A DNA stretch of 64,000 nucleotides. It comes from an uncultured Verrucomicrobiae bacterium. GTDB lineage: Bacteria; Verrucomicrobiota; Verrucomicrobiia; Limisphaerales; Palsa-1400. Position 1 is the stretch's first letter; the number at the start of each line of letters is the position of its first letter. Below the pieces are notes generated by a model. The model was not told the DNA's origin. It searched no databases and saw only the letters and a program-made list of their open reading frames with translations. The position numbers and the translations under genes are program-made. The stretch spans positions 672,001 to 736,000 of the forward strand of contig CAVXRD010000001.1 of the NCBI GenBank assembly GCA_963764165.1, read 5' to 3'. Shown piece by piece: positions 1-9,045 of this stretch.

Positions 1-1297
1 GGAGGATGGCGTTGTCCTGGGCGGCGGGCCAGGCGAGGTAACGATTCTCGGCGGCAGTGGTCAGGGCGGCGTTCTTGCCGGCGTTCGCGCGGGCCCAGAA
101 CCATGGGAGGATCACGTTGATGGCGAGATCGGTGGTGCGCTGTTCGCCCAAGAGGGGCTGCGGTTTGCCGAGGCGCGGGGAGGCGAAGCTCCAATGCCAC
201 GACCAATAATCGTCGGCAGGCGGCTGCAGGCAGGCGAGCAGGCTGGAGGGAAGCTCGCCATCGGCCACCGGCTTGGTGAACCATTGTTCGAGGCGCGGAA
301 TGAAATCGTTTGTTGACACCCAGTGGGCGGCCAGGGCGAGGCGGCGCTGGGGCTGGTTGGCGGGGCGCAATCCATACATGCGCCACAGATTTTTCGGAAG
401 CGTGACGGGCTGGAATTTTTCGCGCTCGCGCCACCAGTGATCCCACAAAATTCTCGGATATTCTCCAGGCGTTCCGGCGGCGGAAATGTCGGAAGGCAAG
501 AATCCGCTTACGCCAAACAATCGCGCCTGCATCCCGACGAGCGAAACTGCCCGGCCGCCTTCGCCTTCGGCTTCGCGCAGGACAGGCAGCAATTCCGCCA
601 CCCGTTGCATGGCCCAGACGTTCTGGCGGTAGCCCAGTCCGCGGAAAAGCCCTTCCCAAAGCGCCTGTTCCCACCCGGCGTGGCGGGCGCGGGTTTCCAA
701 TTCCCGGGCTTTGCGATTGAACCGCACCATCGCCGCCTGATGCAAAAGTTCGGCCGTCCGCTCCATTCCGAGCAAGCTCAGCGGAGCGGAGCACGCGCCG
801 CGCAATGTTTCCGGCCAATTCTCGGAACTTCCGCCAGCGCCCCATTTCCGCAAATCGTCCAAAGGCAAATCCAAATAATTTTCGAGCGCCAGCATGCGGC
901 GCGCGCCGCCGGACGCCTCCGTGCCGCCGGTCCAAACGACGTGCAGGATTACCCCCGCGAAAGCTTCATTGGTGTGGTGTTGGTGAGCCTGCCAATTTTG
1001 CGGGATAAGGTCGATTTCCACGTCACCCGAGCGCGGCTCCTCGTGGCCGAATTGCAGGACTGCGCCGCGAAAATCCGGCCCCGCGCCGTGATTCCAAAAG
1101 CCGGGGTGCAGCACGCGGACGGGATGGCCATCGGAGGTGCGAAGTTCCTCGCGGCGAAGACGCTGGTGATGCCAGACGCTTTGGAGCAGCCGTTCAGGGG
1201 GGTGAGGCGAATTGCTCTCACCCAGGAGCGCACGAGCTTCCTGCTCGGCGCGCCATTGAACATACAAATCCTGCCCGAGAGCACCCACAATCTTCAT
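1..1297 (-). CDS. DUF2851 family protein, 3' end runs off the window
   Basis: Not in the ORF track. Manual translation of both ends gives MKIVG...PPERLLQSVWHHQRLRREELRTSDGHPVRVLHPGFWNHGAGPDF and GLRPANQPQRRLALAAHW...INVILPW, in the same frame. GTG at 1288 is an alternative start. Confidence 0.85.
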   Translation of the reverse strand, partial: MKIVGALGQDLYVQWRAEQEARALLGESNSPHPPERLLQSVWHHQRLRREELRTSDGHPVRVLHPGFWNHGAGPDFRGAVLQFGHEEPRSGDVEIDLIPQNWQAHQHHTNEAFAGVILHVVWTGGTEASGGARRMLALENYLDLPLDDLRKWGAGGSSENWPETLRGACSAPLSLLGMERTAELLHQAAMVRFNRKARELETRARHAGWEQALWEGLFRGLGYRQNVWAMQRVAELLPVLREAEGEGGRAVSLVGMQARLFGVSGFLPSDISAAGTPGEYPRILWDHWWREREKFQPVTLPKNLWRMYGLRPANQPQRRLALAAHWVSTNDFIPRLEQWFTKPVADGELPSSLLACLQPPADDYWSWHWSFASPRLGKPQPLLGEQRTTDLAINVILPWFWARANAGKNAALTTAAENRYLAWPAAQDNAIL

Positions 1298-1546
1298 TTG
1301 ACTCCGAATACGCCGAATGTCAAGTATGCGACACCGAATTTTTGGTGGCGTAAGGCGCGGCAGCCTCTGCGCACTCATCTTCTCTGCGCGAAAATTCTTT
1401 TCCCTCGGGCTGACCGTTGAGGATGCGCATGATGCCGTCCTTGATACGCTCAGTCCAAGGCCGCTGCGAAAGGCCGCTCGCGAAAAGGTCTCGCCTTGTC
1501 CGCCAGGCCATGCTACAAGTGGGCTTGAGGAAAGCCTGTAATCCAA

Positions 1547-2329
1547 ATGAGCAGATTCGTTAACTTGGAATTTGAAGGCCCGGACGGCGAGCATAATCCC
1601 TTCGCGGACTCCGCATCCGTCGCGGTCAAGGACGAATCCTTCTATCAACGCGCCGCCCAATCCGCTTTTGAAGCCGGCGATTTCCAGAACGCACTCCGCG
1701 CCTACGCCAAAGTCCTCGAATTCAATCCAAGGAATGCCGCGGCGTGGACCGCCCAGGTTCGCATGCTGACCGAATTGGATCAATTGGAGGAAGCCAGCGC
1801 CTGGGCTGACAAGTCGCTTGAAAAATTTCCGCGCGAAGCCGATTTGCTCGCCGCCAAAGCCGTCGTGCTCGCGCGCCGCGGAGAAATTCAAAATGCGCTC
1901 GCGTTCTCGGATGCGGCCGTCGGCGAAAACGGATCCTCGCCCTGCGTGTGGCTGGCGAGGGGTGACATCTTGTTGACAGCCCGGCAAACGCTTGCGGACT
2001 ATTGCCTTGAAAAGGCGATGATGCTCGCGCCCGGCGATTGGAGTGTCGCGCTCCAGGCTGCCCGCATCCGCAGCCGCCACAGCCAATTTTCCCTCGCCCT
2101 GCGCCCGTTGCAGCAGGCCGTGGAATGGAACCCGCGGCATTTTCGCGCATGGATCGAACTGGGCAAATGCCAGGAAGCGCTCGGCCTGGCCAACGCGGCT
2201 GAGAAATCTTTTGTCCAGGCGCAAGCGCTGAATCCCAAGGACGAGACGGCAGCCGAAGCCTTGGCGCGCCTTTCCTCCCGCGGTGCGGCAGACCGGTTCC
2301 GCAAATGGTGGCGGCGGATCAGCAAATGA
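1547..2329 (+). CDS. Tetratricopeptide repeat protein
   Basis: Repeated TPR helices (AYAKVLEFNPRNAAAW, AVEWNPRHFRAWIELG). ATGA overlap with the next gene. Confidence 0.9.
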   Translation: MSRFVNLEFEGPDGEHNPFADSASVAVKDESFYQRAAQSAFEAGDFQNALRAYAKVLEFNPRNAAAWTAQVRMLTELDQLEEASAWADKSLEKFPREADLLAAKAVVLARRGEIQNALAFSDAAVGENGSSPCVWLARGDILLTARQTLADYCLEKAMMLAPGDWSVALQAARIRSRHSQFSLALRPLQQAVEWNPRHFRAWIELGKCQEALGLANAAEKSFVQAQALNPKDETAAEALARLSSRGAADRFRKWWRRISK

Positions 2330-3387
2330 CCGACTCGCATCTCAACCGCCTCCTTGAAGCGGCCAGCGAATCGGAAGCGAGCGATCTCCATTTAGTGGCG
2401 GGTGTGCCGCCGGCCTTCCGCGTTAACGGCGAAATCATTCTGGCCAGCGAAGACGCGCTAAGCGTCGAGGCGCTTTCGGCCATCGCCGACAGCGTTCTCA
2501 ATGAGCAGCAGCGCGCCAAGCTGGATCAGGATTGGGAGCTTTGCATTTCCATGCACCACGATGTCGGCGGCCGCGTGCGTGTGACGTTCTACCGCCGCAA
2601 CGGCCACACCGAAATGAGCCTGCGCTTCTGCGGCCATCGCGTGGCCAGCCGCGAGGAATTGGGGCTGCCGGAAAAAATCGACGAACTGGCCCGCCGGCCC
2701 AACGGCCTCGTGCTCGTCACCGGCCCGACCGGCGCAGGGAAGACCACCACGCTCAATTATCTTGTTGACCTCATCAATGGAGAGCGCCGCTGCAAAATTG
2801 TCACCATCGAAGACCCGATTGAATTCGTCCACGAAAACCGCCGCGCCATCGTCGTGCAGCAGGAGGTGCTGACCGATGTGCGGTCATTCAACCGCGCGCT
2901 CATTCACGTCCTGCGCCAGGATCCGGATGTCATTGTCGTCGGCGAGATGCGCGATCACGAAGCCATCTCGACGGCGCTGACTGCCGCGGAAACGGGGCAC
3001 CTCGTGCTGGCCACGATGCACTCGCCGAATGTCTCGCACGCGCTCGAGCGCATCATCAGCGTCTTCGAGGGCGGCGCGCAATTGCAGATCATCACGCAGC
3101 TTGCCAATTCGCTCGTCGGCATCCTCGCGCAGGATTTGTTGACAGCGACGGACCGGACGCGCCGCGTGCTCGCCTGCGAGCTGTTGATCGCCAACGGCGC
3201 CGTGCGCAACATGATCCGCGAAAACCAGCTTCATCAATTGGAAAATTGCATTCAAATGGGCCGCAAGGAAGGCATGATGCTGATGGACAATTCCCTCTAC
3301 GATCTCTACTGCAAATGCCTTATTTCCTACGACACCGCCGTCAGCCGCGCCCGCAATCCGGAGCGCATTCTCCGCGACCGCAAATAA
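2326..3387 (+). CDS. pilT: PilT/PilU family type IV pilus retraction ATPase
   Basis: SDLHL, Walker A GPTGAGKTTT, TIEDPIE, LRQDPDVIVVGEMRD, AAETGHLV and AIRNLIRE-like AVRNMIRE motifs. Confidence 0.92.
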   Translation: MTDSHLNRLLEAASESEASDLHLVAGVPPAFRVNGEIILASEDALSVEALSAIADSVLNEQQRAKLDQDWELCISMHHDVGGRVRVTFYRRNGHTEMSLRFCGHRVASREELGLPEKIDELARRPNGLVLVTGPTGAGKTTTLNYLVDLINGERRCKIVTIEDPIEFVHENRRAIVVQQEVLTDVRSFNRALIHVLRQDPDVIVVGEMRDHEAISTALTAAETGHLVLATMHSPNVSHALERIISVFEGGAQLQIITQLANSLVGILAQDLLTATDRTRRVLACELLIANGAVRNMIRENQLHQLENCIQMGRKEGMMLMDNSLYDLYCKCLISYDTAVSRARNPERILRDRK

Positions 3388-3398
3388 TGGCGATGAAA

Positions 3399-3595
3399 GG
3401 GCGCATTTCAATCTATGGCAATCGAACACACGCTCGCTGCCGGCTGATTCCCTCGCCCCGCCTTCGGGGAGAGAGCCAGGGAAACGGGTACTCGGCAAAC
3501 GACATAAAACCTGACGACTTCAATGCCCATGGCTTCCAGAGAGATTTTTGGGCACCCTCTCTCCTTCTCTCTCCCTGCCATGCAGGGAGAGAGCG
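3399..3595. repeat. Intergenic hairpin-rich repeat element (GGGCGCATTTCAAT...TTCCCTCGCCCCGCC...GGGAGAGAG)
   Basis: Two CCCTC(G/T)CCC/GGGAGAG hairpins. The 5' part matches a copy inside the GH13 gene at 15239-15317. Confidence 0.65.
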
Positions 3596-3661
3596 ATCAC
3601 GGGTCTGCCTGCCAGGAGTTCGTCGGCCGCCAGCCTTCCCCAAAGCGGAGACGCCACCGCG

Positions 3662-5026
3662 ATGAAACGCCTGCGGATTTTATTGTCTGCCGCAGCCGTG
3701 CTGGCCGCATTTGCGGGGTGGGCCGGGGCCGCCCCGGTCGATGCGGACATCACGCGATTCATTGATTCCAAAAGCAATCACATATACCGGGCGTCGCAGG
3801 ATGAGGAGGCTCCCGTCCCGCCGGAAGTGTGGAAGATGTTTTCAGCGGCCTCGGCCGGGAAGTGGGCCGACGCCTCCAATTTGCTGGAAACTCTCAAAGC
3901 CGCCTACGCTCCTTTCGCGCCGCGCCCGCTGCCGGCGGACATTTGGTTCCGCGTGCAGGATGTGGGCGGAATCTGCTCGGTGCTCAGCGCCTATGACCTG
4001 AAATTCTGCCGCCTATTTGCGGAAGAAGTTTTCAAAACCATTCCGCGCGGAAGCATTTATTTTGGCGGCACCGATCCCGGCCGCTTCGCCATTACCGCGC
4101 TGAGCGTTTCGCACGAGGACGCCAATCCATTTTTCACATTGACACAGAATCAACTGGCCGACACCAACTACTTGAAATACGTCCGCGCCCTTTACCGCCA
4201 GCAGATCGTTCTTCCCGACGACGCCAAAGTATCGGACGCCTTCTCGGAATACCTGAGCGACGTCCAGCGCAGGTCGGAGCATGACAAGCAATATCCCAAC
4301 GAGCCGAAACAAATCGTCCCGGGCGAGGAGGTCAAAAACGTCAATGGCCGCCTGCAAGTCACCGGGCAGGCTGCTGTCATGATGATCAACGGCATCCTTG
4401 TGCGCGATATTTTGCAAGCCAACCCGGATCGTGATTTTTACCTGGAAGAAAGCCTGACGCTCGAATGGATGTATCCCTATTTTCTTCCCGCCGGCCCCAT
4501 TGTCAAACTGCGCCACGCCCCGAGCGAGGGCTTATTTGCGGAGACGGTGCGCAATGATCGTGAGTATTGGCAGAAGCTCACACGCCGCCTCATCGGATTG
4601 GTCGTCCACAATGAAACCAGCGTGGCGGAAGTCTGCGCGATGGCGCAGGACTTGAACGGCGTCCCCCAGGATTTTGAGGGCGACCCGGCGTTCCTTCGCG
4701 ACTCCAGCGCGCGGGGGGCCTTCTCGAAATTGCGCTCATCGATCAGCGGCCTTTATTTGTGGCGGGCCGCCCACTCGCGAAATTCCGAAGAGCGCCGGGA
4801 CATGCAGCGGGAAGCCGACCTCGCCTGCAAACAAGCTTATTTGCTGTATCCAAAAAATCCGCAAGCCCTCTGGCGCTATGCAAACCTATTGGCGACAGAA
4901 GGCCGGGTGGAAGACATGCAAAAGCTGATCGAAGCCGCCCGCAAATTGAACCCCGAGGACGCCACCGTCAATTCCCTCTCGACCTACGCCAAGCAACTGT
5001 CCGACTGGCAGCGCGCGAACAAATGA
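3662..5026 (+). CDS. Secreted protein resembling the soluble C-terminal region of DUF2723/TMEM260-like proteins, with C-terminal TPR
   Basis: Signal peptide MKRLRILLSAAAVLAAFAGWAGA. Motifs YFGGTDPGRF, LTQNQLAD, FYLEES..LEWMYP, AFSKLRSSI, AYLLYPKNPQA. Confidence 0.7.
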   Translation: MKRLRILLSAAAVLAAFAGWAGAAPVDADITRFIDSKSNHIYRASQDEEAPVPPEVWKMFSAASAGKWADASNLLETLKAAYAPFAPRPLPADIWFRVQDVGGICSVLSAYDLKFCRLFAEEVFKTIPRGSIYFGGTDPGRFAITALSVSHEDANPFFTLTQNQLADTNYLKYVRALYRQQIVLPDDAKVSDAFSEYLSDVQRRSEHDKQYPNEPKQIVPGEEVKNVNGRLQVTGQAAVMMINGILVRDILQANPDRDFYLEESLTLEWMYPYFLPAGPIVKLRHAPSEGLFAETVRNDREYWQKLTRRLIGLVVHNETSVAEVCAMAQDLNGVPQDFEGDPAFLRDSSARGAFSKLRSSISGLYLWRAAHSRNSEERRDMQREADLACKQAYLLYPKNPQALWRYANLLATEGRVEDMQKLIEAARKLNPEDATVNSLSTYAKQLSDWQRANK

Positions 5027-5061
5027 GGCAGGGACGGCCCGCCGAGGCGTCCGGTTGCGTG
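5027..5061. repeat. REP-like palindrome, degenerate GACGCCTCGCCGAGGCGTCCGGTTGCGT family
   Basis: Matches copies at 16686, 20446 and 22143. Confidence 0.75.
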
Positions 5062-5166
5062 TGCATTGTGTCAATAAAAGCTAACATAGGAGGGCAAACC
5101 GAACCGGAAAGACGCTCTGCTCCCCTTCGTTTCCTTCTGTTAAAAACCGTTCCGGCAACGCCCTCC

Positions 5167-6489
5167 TCACTTGTCTTCCGGAGCAAGCTGCCACGGGAGC
5201 GGGCGCGTTTGCGAGTTGGCGGAAAAATCGACGGGGTGAATGCGCCTCAATATGGCTTGGAGCCTTTCCTGCCACGGCTCTAAATGGGCGCTGCCGAGGA
5301 CCATTCCCCACGTCCAAATTTCGCTGTCGCGGGTGACGACGACGCCCACTGGAATATGCACGCCAGGCGGGGCGTCATGCGCTGCGCCGGCAATGAAGGC
5401 AACATAATCCTTTTTCAGTCCGATCCTGCGGAATTTTGGCGGCCCGAATGGTGGCCTCGGGCCATTGGGCAAACCACAGGAAGCGTCCATGAGCCACAGC
5501 GAGCCGTCCTTCTTGGTCAAACCCTGGCACCACCAGTTCCCGCAGGCTGATATGCCTCGCCAATCGCTATCGGCCCCGATTCGCACCGGCGACACGTCCA
5601 GATCTTGATTCATCACGCCGGTATATGCGTGCGCTTGACGGCCCCAAGCCCACAAAGAGCCGTCGGATTTGATGGCAAACACTGTGTCGTCCGTCCCAAA
5701 GCCGACGTCCACCCAATTTGAATCGGCGCCCACACGCGTCGGAATGACAATTTGATGAGTGGCTGGAGCAACAGATGGATTGGGATTTTCTCCCCAGTAC
5801 CAGAGTGTGCCGTCAGATTGCTGGCCGACGACCGCCAGCCAGCCTGCCCATACCTTTACCCAATTGGTGGACTGGCCCACTTGCATGGCTTTGGCACACG
5901 AGCGGTTGGTTATGCCGATTCCCAATTCGCCCGCCCAGTTCATGCCCCAGGCCCAAAGCGTGCCATTTTTCTTTAAGGCGAAGCTGCTGTAAGCTCCAGT
6001 GGACACCTGGCGCCAATCGTTTCCCGGAACGCTTCGGACGGGAACCATCCGCATTTTTGCTTTGGTGCCGTCGCCCAATTCGTCCGACGTGTTTTCCCCC
6101 CAGGCCCAAATCGTGCCGTCGGATTTAAGGGCCAGGTTGTGCTCGCACGCCGCTGAAATGCCCACCCAATTCGTGTCATGCCCGATGCGGGTCGGTTGAA
6201 CCCGATAGGCAACATTGCTAAGCCCAAGCACGGGCCAGCCAAGAAAGGATGTTCCCCATGACCACAGGCTGCCATCCGGCGCAAGGATAAGCGCATGAGT
6301 TTCGCCAAGGCTCACTGCCGGAGTCACGGGGCCGGCCGGCAATTTAGTTGCAATCAGGGACTCCGGAAGCAACCACAGAACCACGACGGCTGCCAGCATC
6401 ACGAGCGATGCCGCCAAAACCACCTTCTTGCGTTTCGCGCCTGCCACAAAATTCACTTGAAAGCCGGGAATTGGAAAAGTCAAGGCCAT
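5167..6489 (-). CDS. RCC1-repeat beta-propeller protein with N-terminal membrane anchor
   Basis: Repeated ALKSDGTIWAWGEN, ALKKNGTLWAWG, AIKSDGSLWAWG units and a hydrophobic N-terminus. Start uncertain. Confidence 0.85.
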   Translation of the reverse strand: MALTFPIPGFQVNFVAGAKRKKVVLAASLVMLAAVVVLWLLPESLIATKLPAGPVTPAVSLGETHALILAPDGSLWSWGTSFLGWPVLGLSNVAYRVQPTRIGHDTNWVGISAACEHNLALKSDGTIWAWGENTSDELGDGTKAKMRMVPVRSVPGNDWRQVSTGAYSSFALKKNGTLWAWGMNWAGELGIGITNRSCAKAMQVGQSTNWVKVWAGWLAVVGQQSDGTLWYWGENPNPSVAPATHQIVIPTRVGADSNWVDVGFGTDDTVFAIKSDGSLWAWGRQAHAYTGVMNQDLDVSPVRIGADSDWRGISACGNWWCQGLTKKDGSLWLMDASCGLPNGPRPPFGPPKFRRIGLKKDYVAFIAGAAHDAPPGVHIPVGVVVTRDSEIWTWGMVLGSAHLEPWQERLQAILRRIHPVDFSANSQTRPLPWQLAPEDK

Positions 6490-6841
6490 GCGGATTAGCC
6501 GCCTTGAGAAATATTTCACAAAAATCGCGCCGAAAAACCTCTGGCAGGTTTTCTGTTCCTGCAATGGTTTGGTAAAGTGTCCTCATGGTCATAAACAAAA
6601 TGATGATCGGAATGATTAAGGGCCGCGCAGCAGAGCACAGACCGGCGGAATGGCGCGGTTCGGAAGAACTGTCCGGACGCAACTGCCAGTATCACCTAGT
6701 CGCAGCAAATCGCACCAAATCGCACCTGTTTTTTGGAAAACGAGACCCATCCCGAAGGCTCCGAATTTGATTTCTCTTTCGCGAGGTTGGACGGAAAATG
6801 TCCGTGCGTTGTGGTAACCTTCTTGTCAAAGCAAGCTTGGC

Positions 6842-7537
6842 GTGAAATCCGATGGCTCCAGTGAAATTGTGCAGTTGCGGCAGATCTTGTCGGAACGCTT
6901 TCCGCATTTGCGCCAGTGGCGGGAGGAGGCCGCAGCCAAACCCGCCCCCGTCTGGCCCACTGCCCTGCCCTCGCTCGATGAACGTCTGCACGGCGGATTG
7001 CCCACTGGCGGCATCACCGAGGTCGTCGCGGAAAAATCCGGCACGGGCAGCGCGGTTTTTCTCCGGGCGCTGGTGCGGCAGGCGCGGGCCAAGGGCAAGC
7101 CAATTGCTTTGATTGACGGCTTGGATTCGTTTGACGCGGCTACGCTTGAACCCGCCGTTCTTTCCCAATTGCTTTGGGTGCGCTGCAAGACGTCCGACGA
7201 AGCGATGAAGGCCACCGATATTCTTTTGCGCGATCGCAATTTATCGCTCGTGATGCTCGATCTTAAAATGAATCCGGCCGCCCAATTGCGCAAAATCTCC
7301 AGCCCCACCTGGTACCGGCTGCAACGCATTTTGCGCCAGACAGGCATGGCGTTTGTGGTGGTGACGCCGTTTGCCATGGCGTCCAGCGCGGATGTCCGCC
7401 TCCGGCTGGCCAGCCAATGCGCGCTCGACGCGCTCGGCAAAAATGAAGATGAAGTTCTAACGAATCTACACTTCGACTTGACACGCTTTGCCGTGGCGGG
7501 GCACAGCGCGGAGTCGATGGCGGCGGAGGCTGGGTGA
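6842..7537 (+). CDS. imuA: ImuA, RecA/SulA-like mutagenesis cassette protein
   Basis: PTALPSLDERLHGGLPTGGITEV, ALIDGLDSFD, degenerate Walker A. First gene of the cassette. Confidence 0.85.
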   Translation: MKSDGSSEIVQLRQILSERFPHLRQWREEAAAKPAPVWPTALPSLDERLHGGLPTGGITEVVAEKSGTGSAVFLRALVRQARAKGKPIALIDGLDSFDAATLEPAVLSQLLWVRCKTSDEAMKATDILLRDRNLSLVMLDLKMNPAAQLRKISSPTWYRLQRILRQTGMAFVVVTPFAMASSADVRLRLASQCALDALGKNEDEVLTNLHFDLTRFAVAGHSAESMAAEAG

Positions 7538-9045
7538 TGTTCGCCGTCATTTACATTCCCAATTTTCATTTGCAGGCCGTCATGCGCCTGGAGCCGGAAT
7601 TGCGCGGCAAACGCGCCGCCATCCTCGACGACACGATGCGCAAGGCGACCGTGTTTCAATTGACAGAGGAGGCGCAAAAAGCAGGCGTGGAAGTCGGGCT
7701 TACGCCGACCCAGGCCATGGCGCGGTGCCGCGATGTCGCCATCCGCTCCCGCTCGCGCGCGCAGGAACAGGCGGCGACGGAGACGCTTCTGCAATGCGCT
7801 TATTGTTTTTCGCCGCGCATCGAAGCCACCGCCGAGGGCGTTTGCACGCTGGATTTGAAGGGCTTGCCGCAGGACGACGCGCTGCAATCGCATCACCGCG
7901 ACGATATCGAAGATTGGGCAGCGACGATTTTGCGCGCACTCGGCCAGGTGCAATTGGACGCGCGCGTCGGCGTGGCGGAAACACCGTCGCTGGCCTGGAA
8001 AGCGGCGCGGCTCGCGCGGCCGTTTTTGGCGGTGGGGGATTCGGATAGTTTCGTTCGCGATCTTCCGCTGGAAAGTTTGAATCCGCCGAGGGAATTGCTG
8101 GAAGTGATGGAAAAATGGGGTGTGCGCAGTGTCGGCGCGTTTCTCGCGCTGGGAAAGGACAAAATCGCGGAGCGGCTCGGCCCGGAAGCGGTGGAAATAT
8201 TCGATCTCGCCACCTCGCGCGAAGTGCGCCCGCTGAAATTGGTGGTGCCGCCGGAGACATTCGAGGAATCGATGGAGTTTGAGCAGCCCGTGGAATTGAT
8301 CGAGCCGCTGCTGTTTGGACTGCGCCGATTTGTCGAAAGCCTGACGCGCCGTTTGGATTTGATTTATCTCGTCGCTGCCGAGCTGCATTTGCGCCTCAAT
8401 CTCGTTTCCGGCGAGAAATACGAGCGCGCGCTCACCGTCCCCGCCCCGACCTGCGACAACGACATTCTTTTCCGAATGCTCCACACGCATTTGGAAAATG
8501 TGCGGACGGATTCGCCGATTCAAAGCATCCGACTCTCGGCCAAACCGGCGCGGTCATTGAATTATCAATTCGGCCTTTTTGAAGTTTCGCTGCGCGATCC
8601 GAATCAATTTCAAGAAACGCTGGCGCGATTGAATGCGTTGCTGGGACCGAATCGCGTCGGCACTCCGCATGTGGAGGATACGCACCGCCCCGACAGTTTT
8701 CACATGGACACGGAGCGGATCAGCCGCGGGATTTTTGGCGAGAACGAGGAGGAATCGAACGCTCCGCAACCCCTGCCCATCCACGCAGGCGGATTGGCCT
8801 TGCGGCGGTTTCGCCCGCCGTTGTCCGCTGTCGTCGAAGTGCGCGAGTCGCGCCCGGCCATTTTGCGCAGCACGGTTTTCATCGGCGCGATTTCCGAGGC
8901 GCAGGGGCCTTGGCGAATTTCCGGCGATTGGTGGGCCGAGCGCAACTGGGCTCGCGACGAATGGGATGTGCAAACCCGCGACGGCGGACTTTTCCGCCTT
9001 GTGCGGCAGGACGACCAATGGTTCGTGGAAGGCATGTTTGATTGA
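7537..9045 (+). CDS. imuB: ImuB, catalytically inactive Y-family polymerase
   Basis: Y-family fold without the catalytic acidic residues, FSPRIE, C-terminal GPWRISGDWW...RDEWDV...WFVEGMFD. TGATG overlaps on both sides. Confidence 0.9.
   Translation: MFAVIYIPNFHLQAVMRLEPELRGKRAAILDDTMRKATVFQLTEEAQKAGVEVGLTPTQAMARCRDVAIRSRSRAQEQAATETLLQCAYCFSPRIEATAEGVCTLDLKGLPQDDALQSHHRDDIEDWAATILRALGQVQLDARVGVAETPSLAWKAARLARPFLAVGDSDSFVRDLPLESLNPPRELLEVMEKWGVRSVGAFLALGKDKIAERLGPEAVEIFDLATSREVRPLKLVVPPETFEESMEFEQPVELIEPLLFGLRRFVESLTRRLDLIYLVAAELHLRLNLVSGEKYERALTVPAPTCDNDILFRMLHTHLENVRTDSPIQSIRLSAKPARSLNYQFGLFEVSLRDPNQFQETLARLNALLGPNRVGTPHVEDTHRPDSFHMDTERISRGIFGENEEESNAPQPLPIHAGGLALRRFRPPLSAVVEVRESRPAILRSTVFIGAISEAQGPWRISGDWWAERNWARDEWDVQTRDGGLFRLVRQDDQWFVEGMFD

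Noticed and set aside
323..1420. 365-aa + strand ORF
   Set aside because: Antisense shadow of the DUF2851 gene, which the ORF track missed because it runs off the window.
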